Source: Cetorhinus maximus (taxonomy: Eukaryota). Taken from it: a DNA stretch of 64,000 nt. The stretch lies in contig NC_135897.1 of assembly GCF_964194155.1 (NCBI RefSeq), positions 94,612,001-94,676,000 of the forward strand, written 5' to 3'. Under the pieces are notes generated by a model. The model was not told the origin of the DNA and searched no databases. It saw only the letters and a list, made by a program, of their open reading frames with translations. The position numbers were made by a program, and so were the translations under genes. Positions 51,842-64,000 of this stretch are shown piece by piece; the stretch's first letter is position 1; each line of letters starts with the position of its first letter.

Positions 51842-52069
51842 CTGAGTTTTGCCACCAGTCCAGACAATGGTATGTTCTTCCAGAGAAAGTTCCAGCCCTG
51901 TGGATGCAGACGCATCAAAACGACCAACTTGGACATATTCAACATTACCACTGGCACCTCTCTGACAATTAATCATGTCATACGAAGCAATAGCATCTCC
52001 GTTTTCATCAAATCCTACTTCCCCTCCAAACTGGTCGGTGAATCTGACTTCCTTCAGGTAATGCAGAAG
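51842..52069 (-). CDS. V2R gene C exon 4 (228 bp)
   Basis: Hand translation LLHYLKEVRFTDQFGGEVGFDENGDAIASYDMINCQ...IVWTGGKTQ; not in the ORF track. Confidence 0.9.
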
Positions 52070-53808
52070 CTGAATAAGAAGGTAAGAAAAGAAGAAAAGG
52101 AACAGAAGTAGGCCATTCAGCCCTTTGAGCCTGGTCCAACATTCATTAAGATCATGGCTTATCTTTTACCCCAGTCCTAATTGTCATCATCTGGATATTC
52201 CTCAGTACCCAAAAGTCTATCAATCTATTTCTTGAATTTACTCAACGACTGACCATCTTCAGCTTTCTGGGGTAGAGAATTCCAAAGGTTCACAATCCTG
52301 AGTGAAAAAATTCTCCTCACCTTAGTCCAAAATAGCTTACCCCTTCTTCTGAAGGAATGGAACAGGATAATGTGTCAGCGATCACGGCGAATATCAATGC
52401 ATGTAACCTTATAATTTATATTTCTAACTCTCCTCTGTCATCATCATTCTCTTATCTCGGTATTCCCCACCTGACCAAGTCATTTCTAAAACGCATTCTC
52501 AAGGTGTGGGCGTCACTGGTATGGCCAGCATTTACTAACTTTCTCTAGTCACCCTGAGAAAGTGATGGCGGGTCTTCTTTTTGAACCAATGGGAACAATT
52601 TGAAGCAATTCAATGACTTTTCAGACTATGTCAGGGTGCAGTTAATAAGCAACCAGCTTGGTGTGAGTCTAGACTTATGTATAGGGCTGACCAGATAAAA
52701 ATGACAAGCTTCTTTACCTAAAGGACAGTCATGAACCTGTTGCATTTTTACAACAATCCAACAGCTTCATAGTCAATTACTGATAACATGTTGTAAATCC
52801 ATGTTTTTAAACAGGGTTCAAAGTATCAAAGTGCGATGATGGGATTTAGCCATGAATTCTTTGAATAATTTGTGCATAACTCTGGATTACTAATCTGACA
52901 ACCTGCCATCTATCCTACCATGAATATGGAAAATATGAAGTAGATTAAAATCTGCTGGACTTTAGAAGCTTTTGGCACTTCAAGAGCAGTCACATCCTCC
53001 ATCCCTAAATCTTCCCTTCCTCCTATAAACTAATAGCTTTTAAAACTCATCCGGATGTCCACTATCTGATCCCGTTAGACGATTATGGATGAAGGAGGGC
53101 ATTCAGCCTGCCTTAATTAAAGTGAAGGTTACTATGGCTCTGAAACCATTGCAATATCCAATATACTTACTCAATGAATCCAGGGTTTTGCCTCAGTATT
53201 TGCCTATCTGCAAATATATTTCACACATTGGTCTTAAATAAGGAACAGAAATCAAAAAAAATCAAAGGGATGATGAACGGCACAAAGTGAAAACAATGGA
53301 GTACATGTCAGAATAATAATAATCGTTGTATTTTAGATTCTAGAGAATCCTGTGCATAAACGGAGAGACACGAAGTATTTTGTGGTATCTATCCTAAAAT
53401 TCCATTTTACTAATTTGAACCTGTGTTACCTATTTCGAATTCAACCATTTAATTTACAATAATGCTCCTGCTTAATTTTGTCCATGCTGTTAACAATCTT
53501 AGACATCTCTATCAGACTATTTCTCGAAAGAGGGATGAGATGAAGATTTTTTTGTACGCAGCGAGTTGCTACGATCTGGAATGTAATGCCTGGAAGATGG
53601 TGGAGGCAGATTGCATAGTAACTTCCAAAAAGAAATTGAATAAATATTTGAACAGGAAAATTTCACTGGGCTACGGGCAAAGAGCAGGACTGTGCGATTG
53701 ATTGGATGGGTCATTCAAAGAGCTGGCACAGGACTAATGGGCTGTGTGCGTTTCAGAATCCCCAATAAAAAGGAACAGTTCTACAGATATTTCACATACA
53801 CTGCTCAC

Positions 53809-54639
53809 CTGCCATGGTTCAAAGTTGTGTATACTTGCGCAACTCCTAATTATAAAAGGTCCTTTACCACTCTCACATAAGCTTAAACGATGCAGTGCGT
53901 GGGCAATGGCATAAACAGCTTTGTACACATTGTACGATATTCTCAGTTGTGAGGTGTCAGAATATATGGTACTGATATCTTCCAGGCTCTCTGAACCTGT
54001 GCATAAGCGGGCTCCGAGAGTTGCTCTTTCGGTGATATTTTCGGGCAGCTTAAACTTACAGGCAAACAGCTCTTCCCAGAAGACATTGACAAAGTTGTCG
54101 CTGTCATGTGCGGAAGGCTTCACCCGGAGGAGGAATTCCCGGAGCCCGGGGATTTCTGCTCGGCGCAACGAAAAGCCGATCGCTCCTTCCAGATATGGCA
54201 GGAACTCTTCGGTGAAAAGCACAGCCCCAGTGATCCACGCTTCACTGGCGAGCCACTGAATCCCAGTGACATTCTGGCGAGCGACCTCCTCAATCAACTG
54301 AAGCATTTCCCTCTCGTGGGTAAATACGACAATGACCTTGGCCGAAGATCTTTTTATGACGTTCACCATTTGAGATATCTTCTCCGCGTTGTAAATCTTG
54401 GGCAGAATGTAGGAGAAAGCGATACAAGCGCCAAATTCAGTGACCTGTTCTTTGAATTGCTGAATCCCAAATCTCCCGTAATCGTCGTCATTGCCAAAAG
54501 CTCCAATCCAAGTCCAGCCAAAGTGTTTGACAAGTTGCGCCAAAGCCTTCGTCTGAAAGTAATCGCTGGGGACTGTCCGGAAAAATGCCGGATACCTGCG
54601 CCTGTCACTCAGACAGGAACAAGTAGAAAAGTAACTGAT
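53809..54639 (-). CDS. V2R gene C exon 3 (831 bp, open)
   Basis: ISYFSTCSCLSDRRRYPAFFRTVPSD...FEPWQ; donor GTGAGC. Confidence 0.93.
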
Positions 54640-55329
54640 CTGGAAAAAAGAAACAAGAGAAAGTGACGTGATTTATTTAGAGGCCACAATGAAGAGCCAG
54701 ACCCATAATGAATAAAAAATATAGCCCAAGACCTAACCCATAATCCAGGACCGGGCACTGTACATAGCTCACGAATGGGGCCGTAGGCAGGGTCCACAAT
54801 CCAGGCCCTGTGGTCCAGGATCAGGCCCATAATTTAAGGCCAGGCGCATTCTCCAGGCCTCTAGCCCTGGGCCCATAGTGCAGAACCAGGGCTATAGCCT
54901 GGGCCCATGCTCCAATACTGCAGCTAGAGCCCAGTCACGCCCATACAGCTGAACTGAGGCGCTGTAAGATGAGCTGCCAATTCGCTATCGCACCTTTTTC
55001 CCCTGTGGCACTAAGGTCAAAACCTGCCCCAATCGATTTCATTCTAATCTGCCCGACTCTTATATTTTTAAACGCCTCTATTAAATCTGCTCCGTTCCCA
55101 TAAACACAGTCCCATTCTTGTACCGTCATTATTCTATTCAAGGCAACCGCGCTCCACAAGCAAGTGACCTCCCATCACCAACCGCAGCAGGACAGAAATT
55201 ACCCCCTCCCCGGAACATTTCATCGCCTCAGGCTGTATCCACCAACCTGATTCCCATTCAGACACTAACGGTGCCTTTACGTGGCGTTATATATGTGTGC
55301 GTTTTGGCATCAGGTGAGAAAGGATCAGA

Positions 55330-58300
55330 CTCTAGGCGTTTACAGCGCAGAAGGAGGCCATTCGGCCCATCGTGTCCGCACCGGTCAACAAAGGTCTGAC
55401 TATGCTAATCCTATTTTCCAGCGCTTGGCCTATAGCCCTGCAGGCTATGGCAACGCAAGTGAATATCTAAATACTTCTTATTTGTTACAAGAGTTTCTGA
55501 CTCAGCCACCCTTTCAAGCAGAGAGTTCCAAACTCCCACCACCCTCTGGGTGAAAGGATTTCTCCTCAACTCCTCTCTTAGCCTTCTACCTCTTACCTTA
55601 AATCTATGCCCCCTGGGTATTGACCCCTCTACTAATGGAAAAAGTGCCTTCCTATCCAACCTATCTATGCCCCTCATAATCATATACACCTTTATCAGGT
55701 CCCCTCTCAACCTTTGCTCCTCCAAGGAAAATAAACCCAGCCTATCGAAATTTTCCTCATAGCTCAGACCCTCCAGCCCAGGCAGCATCCTGGTTAATCT
55801 CCTCTGTGCCTTCCCCAGTGTAATCACATCCTTCCTATAATGTGGTGACTAGAACTGCACGCAGTACTCCAGTTGTGGCCCAACCAGGATTTTATACAGT
55901 TCCAGCATAACATCCTTGCTCTTGTATTCTATGCCTTGGCTAATAAAGTCAAGTACCCCATATGTCTTCTTAACCACCTTATGGAAAAGATCTAGCAACT
56001 AAAGACTGGGCATCCATGAGACACTATGGGCCATCAGCTGCAGCAGAATTGTACTCGAACACAATCTGTAACCTCATGATCCGGCAAATCCCCCACTCTA
56101 CCATTACCATCAAGCCAGGGGATCAACCCTGGTTCAATGAAGAGTGCAGGAGGGCATGCCAGGAGCAGCACCAGGCACACCTTAAAATGAGGTATCAACC
56201 TGGTGAAGCTATAACACAGGACTGCCTGCATGCCAAACGGCATAAGCAGCAAGTAATAGACAGAGCTAAGAGATCCCACAATCGTCAGATCAGATCTAAG
56301 CTCAGCAGTCCTGTCACATCCAATAATGAATGGTGATGGACAATTAAACAACTTACTGGAAGAGGAGGCTCCACAAATATCCCCATCCTCAGCGACGGAG
56401 GAGCCCAGCACATCAGGACAAATGGTAAGGCTGAAGCATTTGCTACAATCTTCAGCCAGAAGTGCCGAGTGGATGATCCATCTCAGCCTCCTCTGGAGGT
56501 CCCCTGCATCACAGATGCCAGTCTTCAGCTAATTCGATTCAGTCCCCCACCCCATCAGTCTACTCTCGATCATCTTTAAACTAATGGAAGGGGGCATCAA
56601 CACTGCTATCAAGCAGCATTGGCTTAGCAATAACCTGCTCACTGACGCCCAGTTTAGGTTCCACCAGGGCCACTCAGCTCTTGACCTCTTTGACAGCCTT
56701 GGTTCAAACATGGACAAAGAGCTGAATTCCAGAGGTGAGGTGAGAGCGACTGCCCTTGACCTCAAGGCCACATTTGACCGAGTGTGGCATCAAGGAGCAC
56801 TAGCAAAACTGGAGTTAAAGAGAATCAGGGGGAAAACTCTCCACTGGTTGGAGTCACACCTAGCACTAAGGAAGATGGTTGTGGTTGTTGGAGGTCAGTC
56901 GTCCCAGTTCCAGGCCATCATTGCAGGAGTACCTCAGGGTAGTGTCCTCGGCCCAACCATCTTCAGCTGCTTCATCAATGACATTCCTTCCAACATAAGG
57001 TCAGAAGTGGGGATGTTCGCTGATGATGCACAGTGTTCAGCACCATTCACGACTCCTCAGACACTGAAGCAGTTCATGTCCAAATGCAGCAAGACCTGGA
57101 CAACATCCAGGCTTGGGCTGACAAGTGGCAAGTAACATTCGCACCACACAAGTTTCAGGCAATGATGATCTACAACAAGAGATAATCCAACCATTGCCCC
57201 TTGATGTTCAGTGGCATTACCATCACTGAATCCCCCACTATCAACATCCTGGGGATCACTATTGACTAGAAACAGAGCTAGACCAGCCATATAAATACTG
57301 TGGCTACAAGAGCAGGTCAGGAGCTAGGAATTGTGAGATGAATAACTCACCTCCTGACTCCCCAAAGCCTGTCCACCATCTACAAGGCACAAGTCAGGAG
57401 TGTGATGGAATACTCTCCACTTTCCTGGATGAGTACAGCTCCCAAAACACTCAAGAAGCTTGACACCATCCAGGACAAAGCAGCCAGCTTGATTGGCACC
57501 ACACCCATAAACATTCAATTCCTCCAGCAGCGATGCACAGTGGCGGCAGTGTGTACCATCTACAAGATGCACTGCAGGAATTCACCAAGGCTCCTTAGAG
57601 AGCATCTTCCAAACCCATGAACACTACCATCTAGAAGGACAAGGGCAGCCGATAGATGGAAACACCACCACCTGGAAGTTCCCCTCCAGGTCACTAGCCA
57701 TCTTGACTTGGAAATATATCACCGTTCCTTCACTGTCATTGGGTCAAAATCCTGGAACTCCCTCCCTAACAGCACTGTGGGTGTACCTACACCACATGGA
57801 CTGCAGCAGTTCAAGAAGGCAGCTCACCACCACCTTCTCAAGGGCAATTGGGGATGGGCAATAATTGCTGACCCATCCACCAAAGCCCACATCCTGTGAA
57901 TTAATTTTAAAAACTTCTTGATCATACCCCCTACATTTAAGTCCAAATCATTTATTTGCACCACAAACAGCAAGGGCCCCAGCACCGAGCCCTGTGGAAC
58001 CCCATTGGAAACAGACTTCCAGTCACAGAAACATCCCTCTACCATCACCCTCTGCTTCCTACCTCTCAGCCAATTTTGGGTCCAACTTGGGGGTGCAACT
58101 TTGCCTTGGACCCCATGGGCTCTTACTTTCTTTACCAGTCTGCCATGAGGGACCTTATCAAAAGTCTTGCTAAAGTCCATGTAGACCACATCAAATGCAT
58201 TACCCTCATCAACACTCCTGTTTACCTCCTCAAAAAATTTGATCAAATTTGTCAAACATGACGTTCCCTTAACAAATCCATGCTGACTATCCCTGATTGA

Positions 58301-58730
58301 TCTGTGTCTCTCCAAGTGCAGATATATTCTGTCCCTCATAATTCTTTCTAGCAACTTCCCCACCACCAAGGTTAGACTGACTGGTCTGTAATTTCCTGAT
58401 CTATCCCTTCCTCCCTTTTTAAATAATGGGACAACGTTAGCAGTCCTCCAGTCCTCTGGCATCTCACTTGTGGCCAGAGAGGATTTGAAAATTACTGCCA
58501 GGGCCCCTGATATCTCTTCCCTTGCCTCTTTCAACAGCCTGGGATACATCGCATCCAGGTCTGCGGACATACCCACTTTTAAGGCCACTAAACCCGTTAG
58601 TACCGCGCCCCCCACCCCCACCCCCCTCCTCCCCCCTCTCCCATGTCTATGTTAAATTCCTCTAATATTTCACAGTCCTCCGCCCTGATGTCTATACCTG
58701 CACCGTCCTTTTCCATCGTGAAGGCCGATG
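55330..58730 (-). mobile_element. CR1 LINE in gene C intron 2, split by a second LINE
   Basis: RT segment ORF 57824..58621 (EDWRTANVVPLFKKG, QHGF, YMDFSKTFDKVPH, GVPQGSVLGP); 3' end at 55330-55980. Confidence 0.92.
55985..57905 (+). mobile_element. CR1-group LINE (KLDTIQDKAA subfamily) nested in opposite orientation
   Basis: PWFNEECRRA, DLKATFDRVWH, GVPQGSVLGP, FADD; complete 3' tail. Confidence 0.92.
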
Positions 58731-58869
58731 TATCAGCGTTGACTGTTATACCCGACATAGTTTTAAATAGTCTAAGACATACTATCAACACTCACAGTTA
58801 AACAACAAACATTTAGGGGACATATAAGAAGGCCATGAGTCCCTATTGAATAGTTTCCAGTGCCTTTGT

Positions 58870-59145
58870 GCATCTGTGATGTCCTTTGCTCAGCCATTGG
58901 TAATCGTATCCGCAGCTTCCGAGACCCTATGTTCTGGAATTCCCTCCCTAAACCTCTCTGCCTCTCCACTTATCTCTCTTCCTTTCAGATGCTGCTTAAA
59001 ATCTAACTCTTTGACCAAGCATTTGGTCATTTGGCCTCGTGCTCTTTATATGACTCGCTGCCAAATTTTGTCGGATTACTTTCCTGTGAATGCCATAGGC
59101 TGATTTACCACTTAAAGGGGCTGTAATCAAGTTAGTTGTCGTTGC
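58870..59145 (+). mobile_element. L2-like LINE 3' end
   Basis: CTGGAATTCCCTCCCTAAACCTCTC...CTTAAAA..CTCTTTGACCAAGC; same tail on the minus strand at 63843-64000. Confidence 0.65.
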
Positions 59146-59238
59146 CCCAACAATAAGTCAAAACATATAGTAAAGCAGGAAAATTACCACAAAAGAAATT
59201 CGATAACGGAGAAGAAGATTAAAGTGGTGAAAGCTTAC

Positions 59239-59524
59239 AATGGGAATCTGGAACGGTCCTGTTGTGCTGGCAATGATACTGGACTGAAGCGATCCGGCTT
59301 CACCGATTATTGCTGGAACAGACACTGCCCCTTTGCACGTGCTGTTTGACATGTGCTCTTCAGCACCACTGAGAAACGTCATAGCTGCTCTCAGGGAGTA
59401 GATATCACAAGTGTCGTATACCCTATAGCCCAGAGTGATATTGGGCAAAATTCTCGCCTCCTTGTTTATTTCTCCAATGGTAAAGATCATCGTCTGTAAC
59501 CAGCGAAAGGTTCTGAAATCAAAC
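59239..59524 (-). CDS. V2R gene C exon 2 (286 bp)
   Basis: FDFRTFRWLQTMIFTIGEIN...LPNITLGY...FQIPI; donor GTAAGC. Confidence 0.92.
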
Positions 59525-60109
59525 CTGTCCAGCACACATTAATCCCGGTGTCACAGGCGCAGATATTCCTTCATTCGTTTTAATCATTTGTTGTTGAACT
59601 AATGTTTTGAAGCATTTTTATTATGATTCATTCGTGGGATGTAGGCATCGCTGGCAGATCACCGTGTGTTGCCCTTTCCCAATTGCCCATGAGAAATTAT
59701 CAATATCTTAAAGAAAATACGCAACACTAGAACTTAAAAATATCCCTATGTGCTTTTAAAACATGTGGCCAATTTTATATTTTATATTGAATGCCAGAGA
59801 ATAACGTAAGTGAATTGGGAGCATTTGCTACTGAAGTCACGGTGACAGAGGAGGAAACTTTGAAATCGCCTGGAAACCATCCCAGGGATATGAGCATCCT
59901 CATCAAGACTGGCTTTTATCCCCAATCCTCGTCACTCTGAGTTTCATGTTTGCTAGGCCACTTTAGACGCGCTAGATTGGAGACAGTCAACACGACAGTA
60001 AATACTCCAGACGAACGGGGCAAGTGTGAGGGGCACGTTTAGGACAAAGAGAATAAGCATTTCTCTGCACAAGTTACCAATCACTGGAGCAGGTGGGATT
60101 ACATCGGCA

Positions 60110-60240
60110 CAAGAGCCTCCTTCATGCAAAGATCTGGCAGAAAAAAACAAACATTAACAGACCTGATGAAAGGTTACAAAGCTGAAATGTTGAATAGCTG
60201 CTGCCAGTCCTGCTGAGTATTTCCAGCATTTTGTTTTTAT
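60110..60240 (+). mobile_element. Penelope-type terminal repeat with hammerhead-like core
   Basis: CTGATGA at 60163-60169 and GAAA at 60184-60187, followed by the family tail. Confidence 0.6.
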
Positions 60241-62529
60241 TAAAGCAGAAATTAGCTTCAGCTAATGATACAATGAAGATTCAAAGTTGAAACTAACCTT
60301 CAGCTCCTCCAAACAGACTGAGCATCTTCCTCCTGACTTGCCCAACTTGCATTTTCTGCTTTGGATTTTTGAGTATTCTAATGTCGTGACTTCCAAATTA
60401 AGTGCATTATTTAACTTCAATCACCCGATGTATGGGCGTTTAATGAATTTGCATACTGCTGATCAGAAAGCACAAAGTTTAAGGGAGCACAGTACATCTC
60501 AAATGGGAGTTTTCATATAATCACAGAAGGATGACCTTTTGGGCCATCATGATTGTGTTGGCTCTTTGAACCAACTCTTCAATAATCCCACTCACCTGCA
60601 CTCCCCCTAGATCACTGTAGTGTTACCATAACACTATGCAGAGAAATGTTTATTCTCTCTGTCCTAAACGTATCCTTGTTTGGACACAAGCTTACATTCT
60701 GCACTATTGCATTAAAATTGTCACTTCGCATGTGCACAACTAAGACGGGAAGTGGCGTTAGTGGATCGGTTAGAAATGAAAGGAATTTAAGCCATAATTT
60801 TAACCTAAATGCCGGGGTGTGGCGGGGGGAACAAGATGAATTTAGATCGGATGCCGGTTTTACGGTCGGCAAGAAATCGGATGGAGATTAAAACGAGCAT
60901 CCGCCCAGAGCCCACCCCGTTCCACCAAGTGGATTAAATTAAATCCGACACTTCAGAGACAGAGATGTTCGCAGCTGCCCTCACACATCACCAAGCGTTC
61001 AATTGCTAGGCGGCCCAGAACCCATCTGCCGGTTGGATTAGTGTAGCGTGCGGGTAGATAAAGCAAAGAGGAAAAGAAAACCTAGAGGAAAATTTAAGTG
61101 GAGAAATTATATTTTAGGGCAGGTGCAAAATGACCAGTAATGGATTCGCTGCCCGGCATGCACCTCCGCCAATTTGAAGATTAAAATTCAAATTTGAAAA
61201 TTTGAATATTAAACCGGCTGTGCAATACTTGGTCACTCCTTTACTAATAATGAGATTCTGGGTGTGATACAACAGTACCATCAACTGAATATACCAACCC
61301 TGTGTTAAGGAATAGGTTACACGCCCTTCCCCGTATATTCTTCCCGGTATATCATATAACATGGTAACATAGCAGAGAACTGATGATCTGAAGACATGAG
61401 CTCAAATCCCAACAGCGTAGCAGGGGAATTTAGACTGAATTAATTAAACAAATTTAGAATTAAGAAATTAATATCGGTAACTGTGACCATGAAACTGTTG
61501 GGTTGTTGTAAAAAACCAGCGGGTTCATGAATGTCCTTTAGGGAAGGAAAAAATCTGCCGTCCTCACCCGCTCTGACCAACTCCAGACCCACAGCAACGT
61601 GGTTGACTCTTAAATGGCCTGGCAAGTTTGGATTCAAGAATGCAGCTCACCATTTACCTTCTAAGGGGCTATTAGGGAGAGGAAATACATATTGGGCTTA
61701 GCAGCAATGCTCACATCTCATGAATAGAATTCATCCAGACGCTCAGTCACCATATCTCTGTCCTCTGGACTTGGAAAGGAAGAGCAGTGATATTAACATA
61801 TTACAAGCAAATAACAGAAGAAAAATTAATAGCCAACACTTGTCAGGTAAGATAATTTACGTAATTATCAATAGAACTGAAAATCAAATTTATCGAAGAA
61901 TAAAATGCAATTTATTGGTTGTATATTGATTTTTTCTCCTTTTTCTTTTGCTCTTTCCTTTCCATTTTTCTGAACTTTCTCTGTATATACCTCCTAAGCA
62001 ATAAGGAACCGGTCCTATGCTCCAGCTCCTCCCTCCGTCTCACACTGTTTCTAACTCGAACTCATCCCGTTTGAGGATCCTAAAGCTGGAGAACTCATTG
62101 CATCTCCCAATTTTGTCTTACGTCGAAATCCCGCGGGAGCAAAATTCAACTTCGCGCGGGGTCATAAAGCGGGCAGCCGCAAATTGGGCGTAAGTTATTC
62201 GCCCGTAAATTCATGGAAAGAGAAATCAGGCGGGATGTGCAATGGCAGCGGCTTCGTTACCGCCCGTTTTGTGTCGAGCCACCCAAAATTAAGCATTACC
62301 CCAGCCAACAGCCCAGCAAGGCCTTTAACTCCGTGCCCCTCTCTCTAATTTATTTGGCATTCTCTGCTACTCTTCCTAACCGCGGTGTTGCCTTTCATTG
62401 TCGATTCCGAACCTTCATCAATATTTAAAATAAAATTGTGATGTTCCACAGGTGAGTCACCAGAACCCCAGTGAAGAAACTATATAGTGCCTATGCAATA
62501 TTTGAAACATCGAACGGACATTGACTCAC

Positions 62530-62741
62530 CCCGTGCAGCGTAACTCGTCAGGTTTTGCCCTGTAGTGAAGTTCTGGTATATTAACATACAAACTCACGGG
62601 AAACAATCCTCCAATTGTCACGTCGCTGTACTCTGCCATCCCAGGTGAAACAAAGTGTTCTTGTAGTTTGCATAATCCAGTTGCTTTGGATTGGAGAGCG
62701 AGTACAGAGAGCAGGATGACTAAAGATAATTTCCAGTACAT
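62530..62741 (-). CDS. V2R gene C exon 1
   Basis: MYWKLSLVILLSVLALQSKATGLCKLQ...GGLFPV...LRCTG; donor GTGAGT; 212 bp, same as A and B. Confidence 0.9.
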
Positions 62742-62785
62742 TGCAAGACTCAAAGGCAAGCAGCATTTTAAAATGATTAGAATAT

Positions 62786-62793
62786 CTTATATA
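62786..62793 (-). promoter_or_regulatory. Candidate TATA box of V2R gene C
   Basis: TATATAAG on the minus strand, ~45 bp upstream of ATG 62741. Confidence 0.4.
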
Positions 62794-63842
62794 TCAACCA
62801 CTTATACGGACCCATTAGATATATGAGACCGTGGGGATTTCTAAATACATCTTCGCTTAATCCCAAATGATCCGAGTCCAATTCCTAAAACGGAACTTAA
62901 TTAAAAAAAATATTTTCCCCTCCTGCTTCTGCTTCTTGTGCACCGTCCTGGGCAGTTAGTTAAATTATTGCCATAAAGTATCGGTCATACCTGAATAATT
63001 CCAGGTAAATATTTTTGTCCACTGGGTATGGGAAGTTCTTCAGGGTTTTTACACTAATGTTGAAAGGAATTCCACCTGATTTAATACAAGTTGTAACACA
63101 AGTAAATAGCTTCTGTAAACTGAAAGATACCAGATTCAATACAGGTTAAATTGTTCGCTTTAAATAGTTCCGACATGCCGTACGGGTAATACATTTCTGA
63201 TGTGGTCTGCAGTCTGTAAATTTACTGATGCTCCAAATCTTATTAACGTGATTATATCTTTCCGGGTGAAATTGGATTTGGACAGCAGAGCAAGATGGGT
63301 GGTGTCCATTTCACATGCTGCCAGGTTTTGTTTTTTTATTTGGCAGGTGTAAAACTGACATTCAATTCACTGCTGTCCATTTCGTGATTCAGAGGGCAGT
63401 TAAGTGTCAACTACATTTCTGTGGGTCTGGAGTCACATTTAAGAACGGCAGATTTCCTTCCCTCAACTGGACTTCTTTTCCCTAAAGAGCATGAGTGAAC
63501 CAGATGAATTTTTGCAACAACAGATGTTAATTTCATGGCCCCATTACTGAAACTAGTTTTCAATTCCAGATTTTTATTCATTAACCAAGTTTAAATTCCA
63601 CTAGTTTTTGTGGTGGGTTATGAACCAACGCCCTGAGAGCACTGGCCTGAGCTCTAGATTATTAGTCCAGTGATAGTACCACTTCACCACCATCTGCCCT
63701 ATAGCAATCTAACTATCATAAGGTCCATATTAGTTATGGAGAAGGACAAGGAGCAAATTAGAATAACAATATTTACCTGGGGGGTTTCAGTGAATTGAGG
63801 AGGAATCTGCCTTACCTAAATATGAGCCAAAGATTGGCAGGT

Positions 63843-64000
63843 AACAACAACTTATATTTATATAGCATATATAGTGTCCCAGGGCTTCACAAAAGCATTA
63901 TAAAACAAAGAATGACCCTGGGTCGTGTAACGTAATATTGGATCAGATGACCAGAAGCTTGGTCAAAGAGGTAAGATTTAAGAAATGTCTCAAAGGAGGA
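63843..64000 (-). mobile_element. L2-like LINE 3' end running off the window
   Basis: ACAACAACTTATATTTATATAGC...GCTTGGTCAAAGAGGTA. Confidence 0.65.

Larger units (their letters stand above)
48009..62741 (-). pseudogene. V2R/OlfC-family class C GPCR, gene C (divergent paralog); disrupted in exon 5 as assembled, may be intact if the indels are sequencing errors
   Basis: GT-AG exons of 212/286/831/228/121/899 bp. Exons 1-4 and 6 are open. Exon 5 lacks 2+1 bp, giving TGA at 50085-50087. Confidence 0.8.

Noticed and set aside
58606-58643. C-rich run with G-quadruplex potential on the minus strand
   Set aside because: Low-complexity expansion inside a CR1 remnant; no evidence of function.
1-64000. 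CRISPR array, rRNA or prokaryotic operon
   Set aside because: No regularly spaced direct repeats or rRNA-like sequence; the window is spliced vertebrate DNA.

Overview
Eukaryotic, repeat-rich vertebrate DNA. The repeat content (CR1 and L2 LINEs, Penelope terminal repeats, tRNA-derived and Deu-type SINEs, GC-rich GGG..CCC MITEs) points to a cartilaginous fish, probably a shark; this is inference. The window holds three six-exon class C GPCR genes of the V2R/OlfC olfactory family. Genes A (+, 13788-19926) and B (-, 31722-38240) are near-identical copies facing tail-to-tail on the arms of a ~28.6 kb inverted duplication (arms ~11.7-23.9 kb and ~27.3-40.3 kb). Each copy carries its own, different disabling lesions. 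Gene C (-, 48009-62741) is a divergent paralog, open except for two small deletions in exon 5. An intronless, poly(A)-tailed ATP5MG (ATP synthase subunit g) retrocopy with an open reading frame sits inside a MITE. Many short Penelope-derived elements carry minimal hammerhead-ribozyme motifs, several folded back on themselves, including a young 148-bp palindrome with a 14-bp target-site duplication found in only one arm. Exon coordinates were worked out by hand. Repeat boundaries and identity statements are by-eye estimates.
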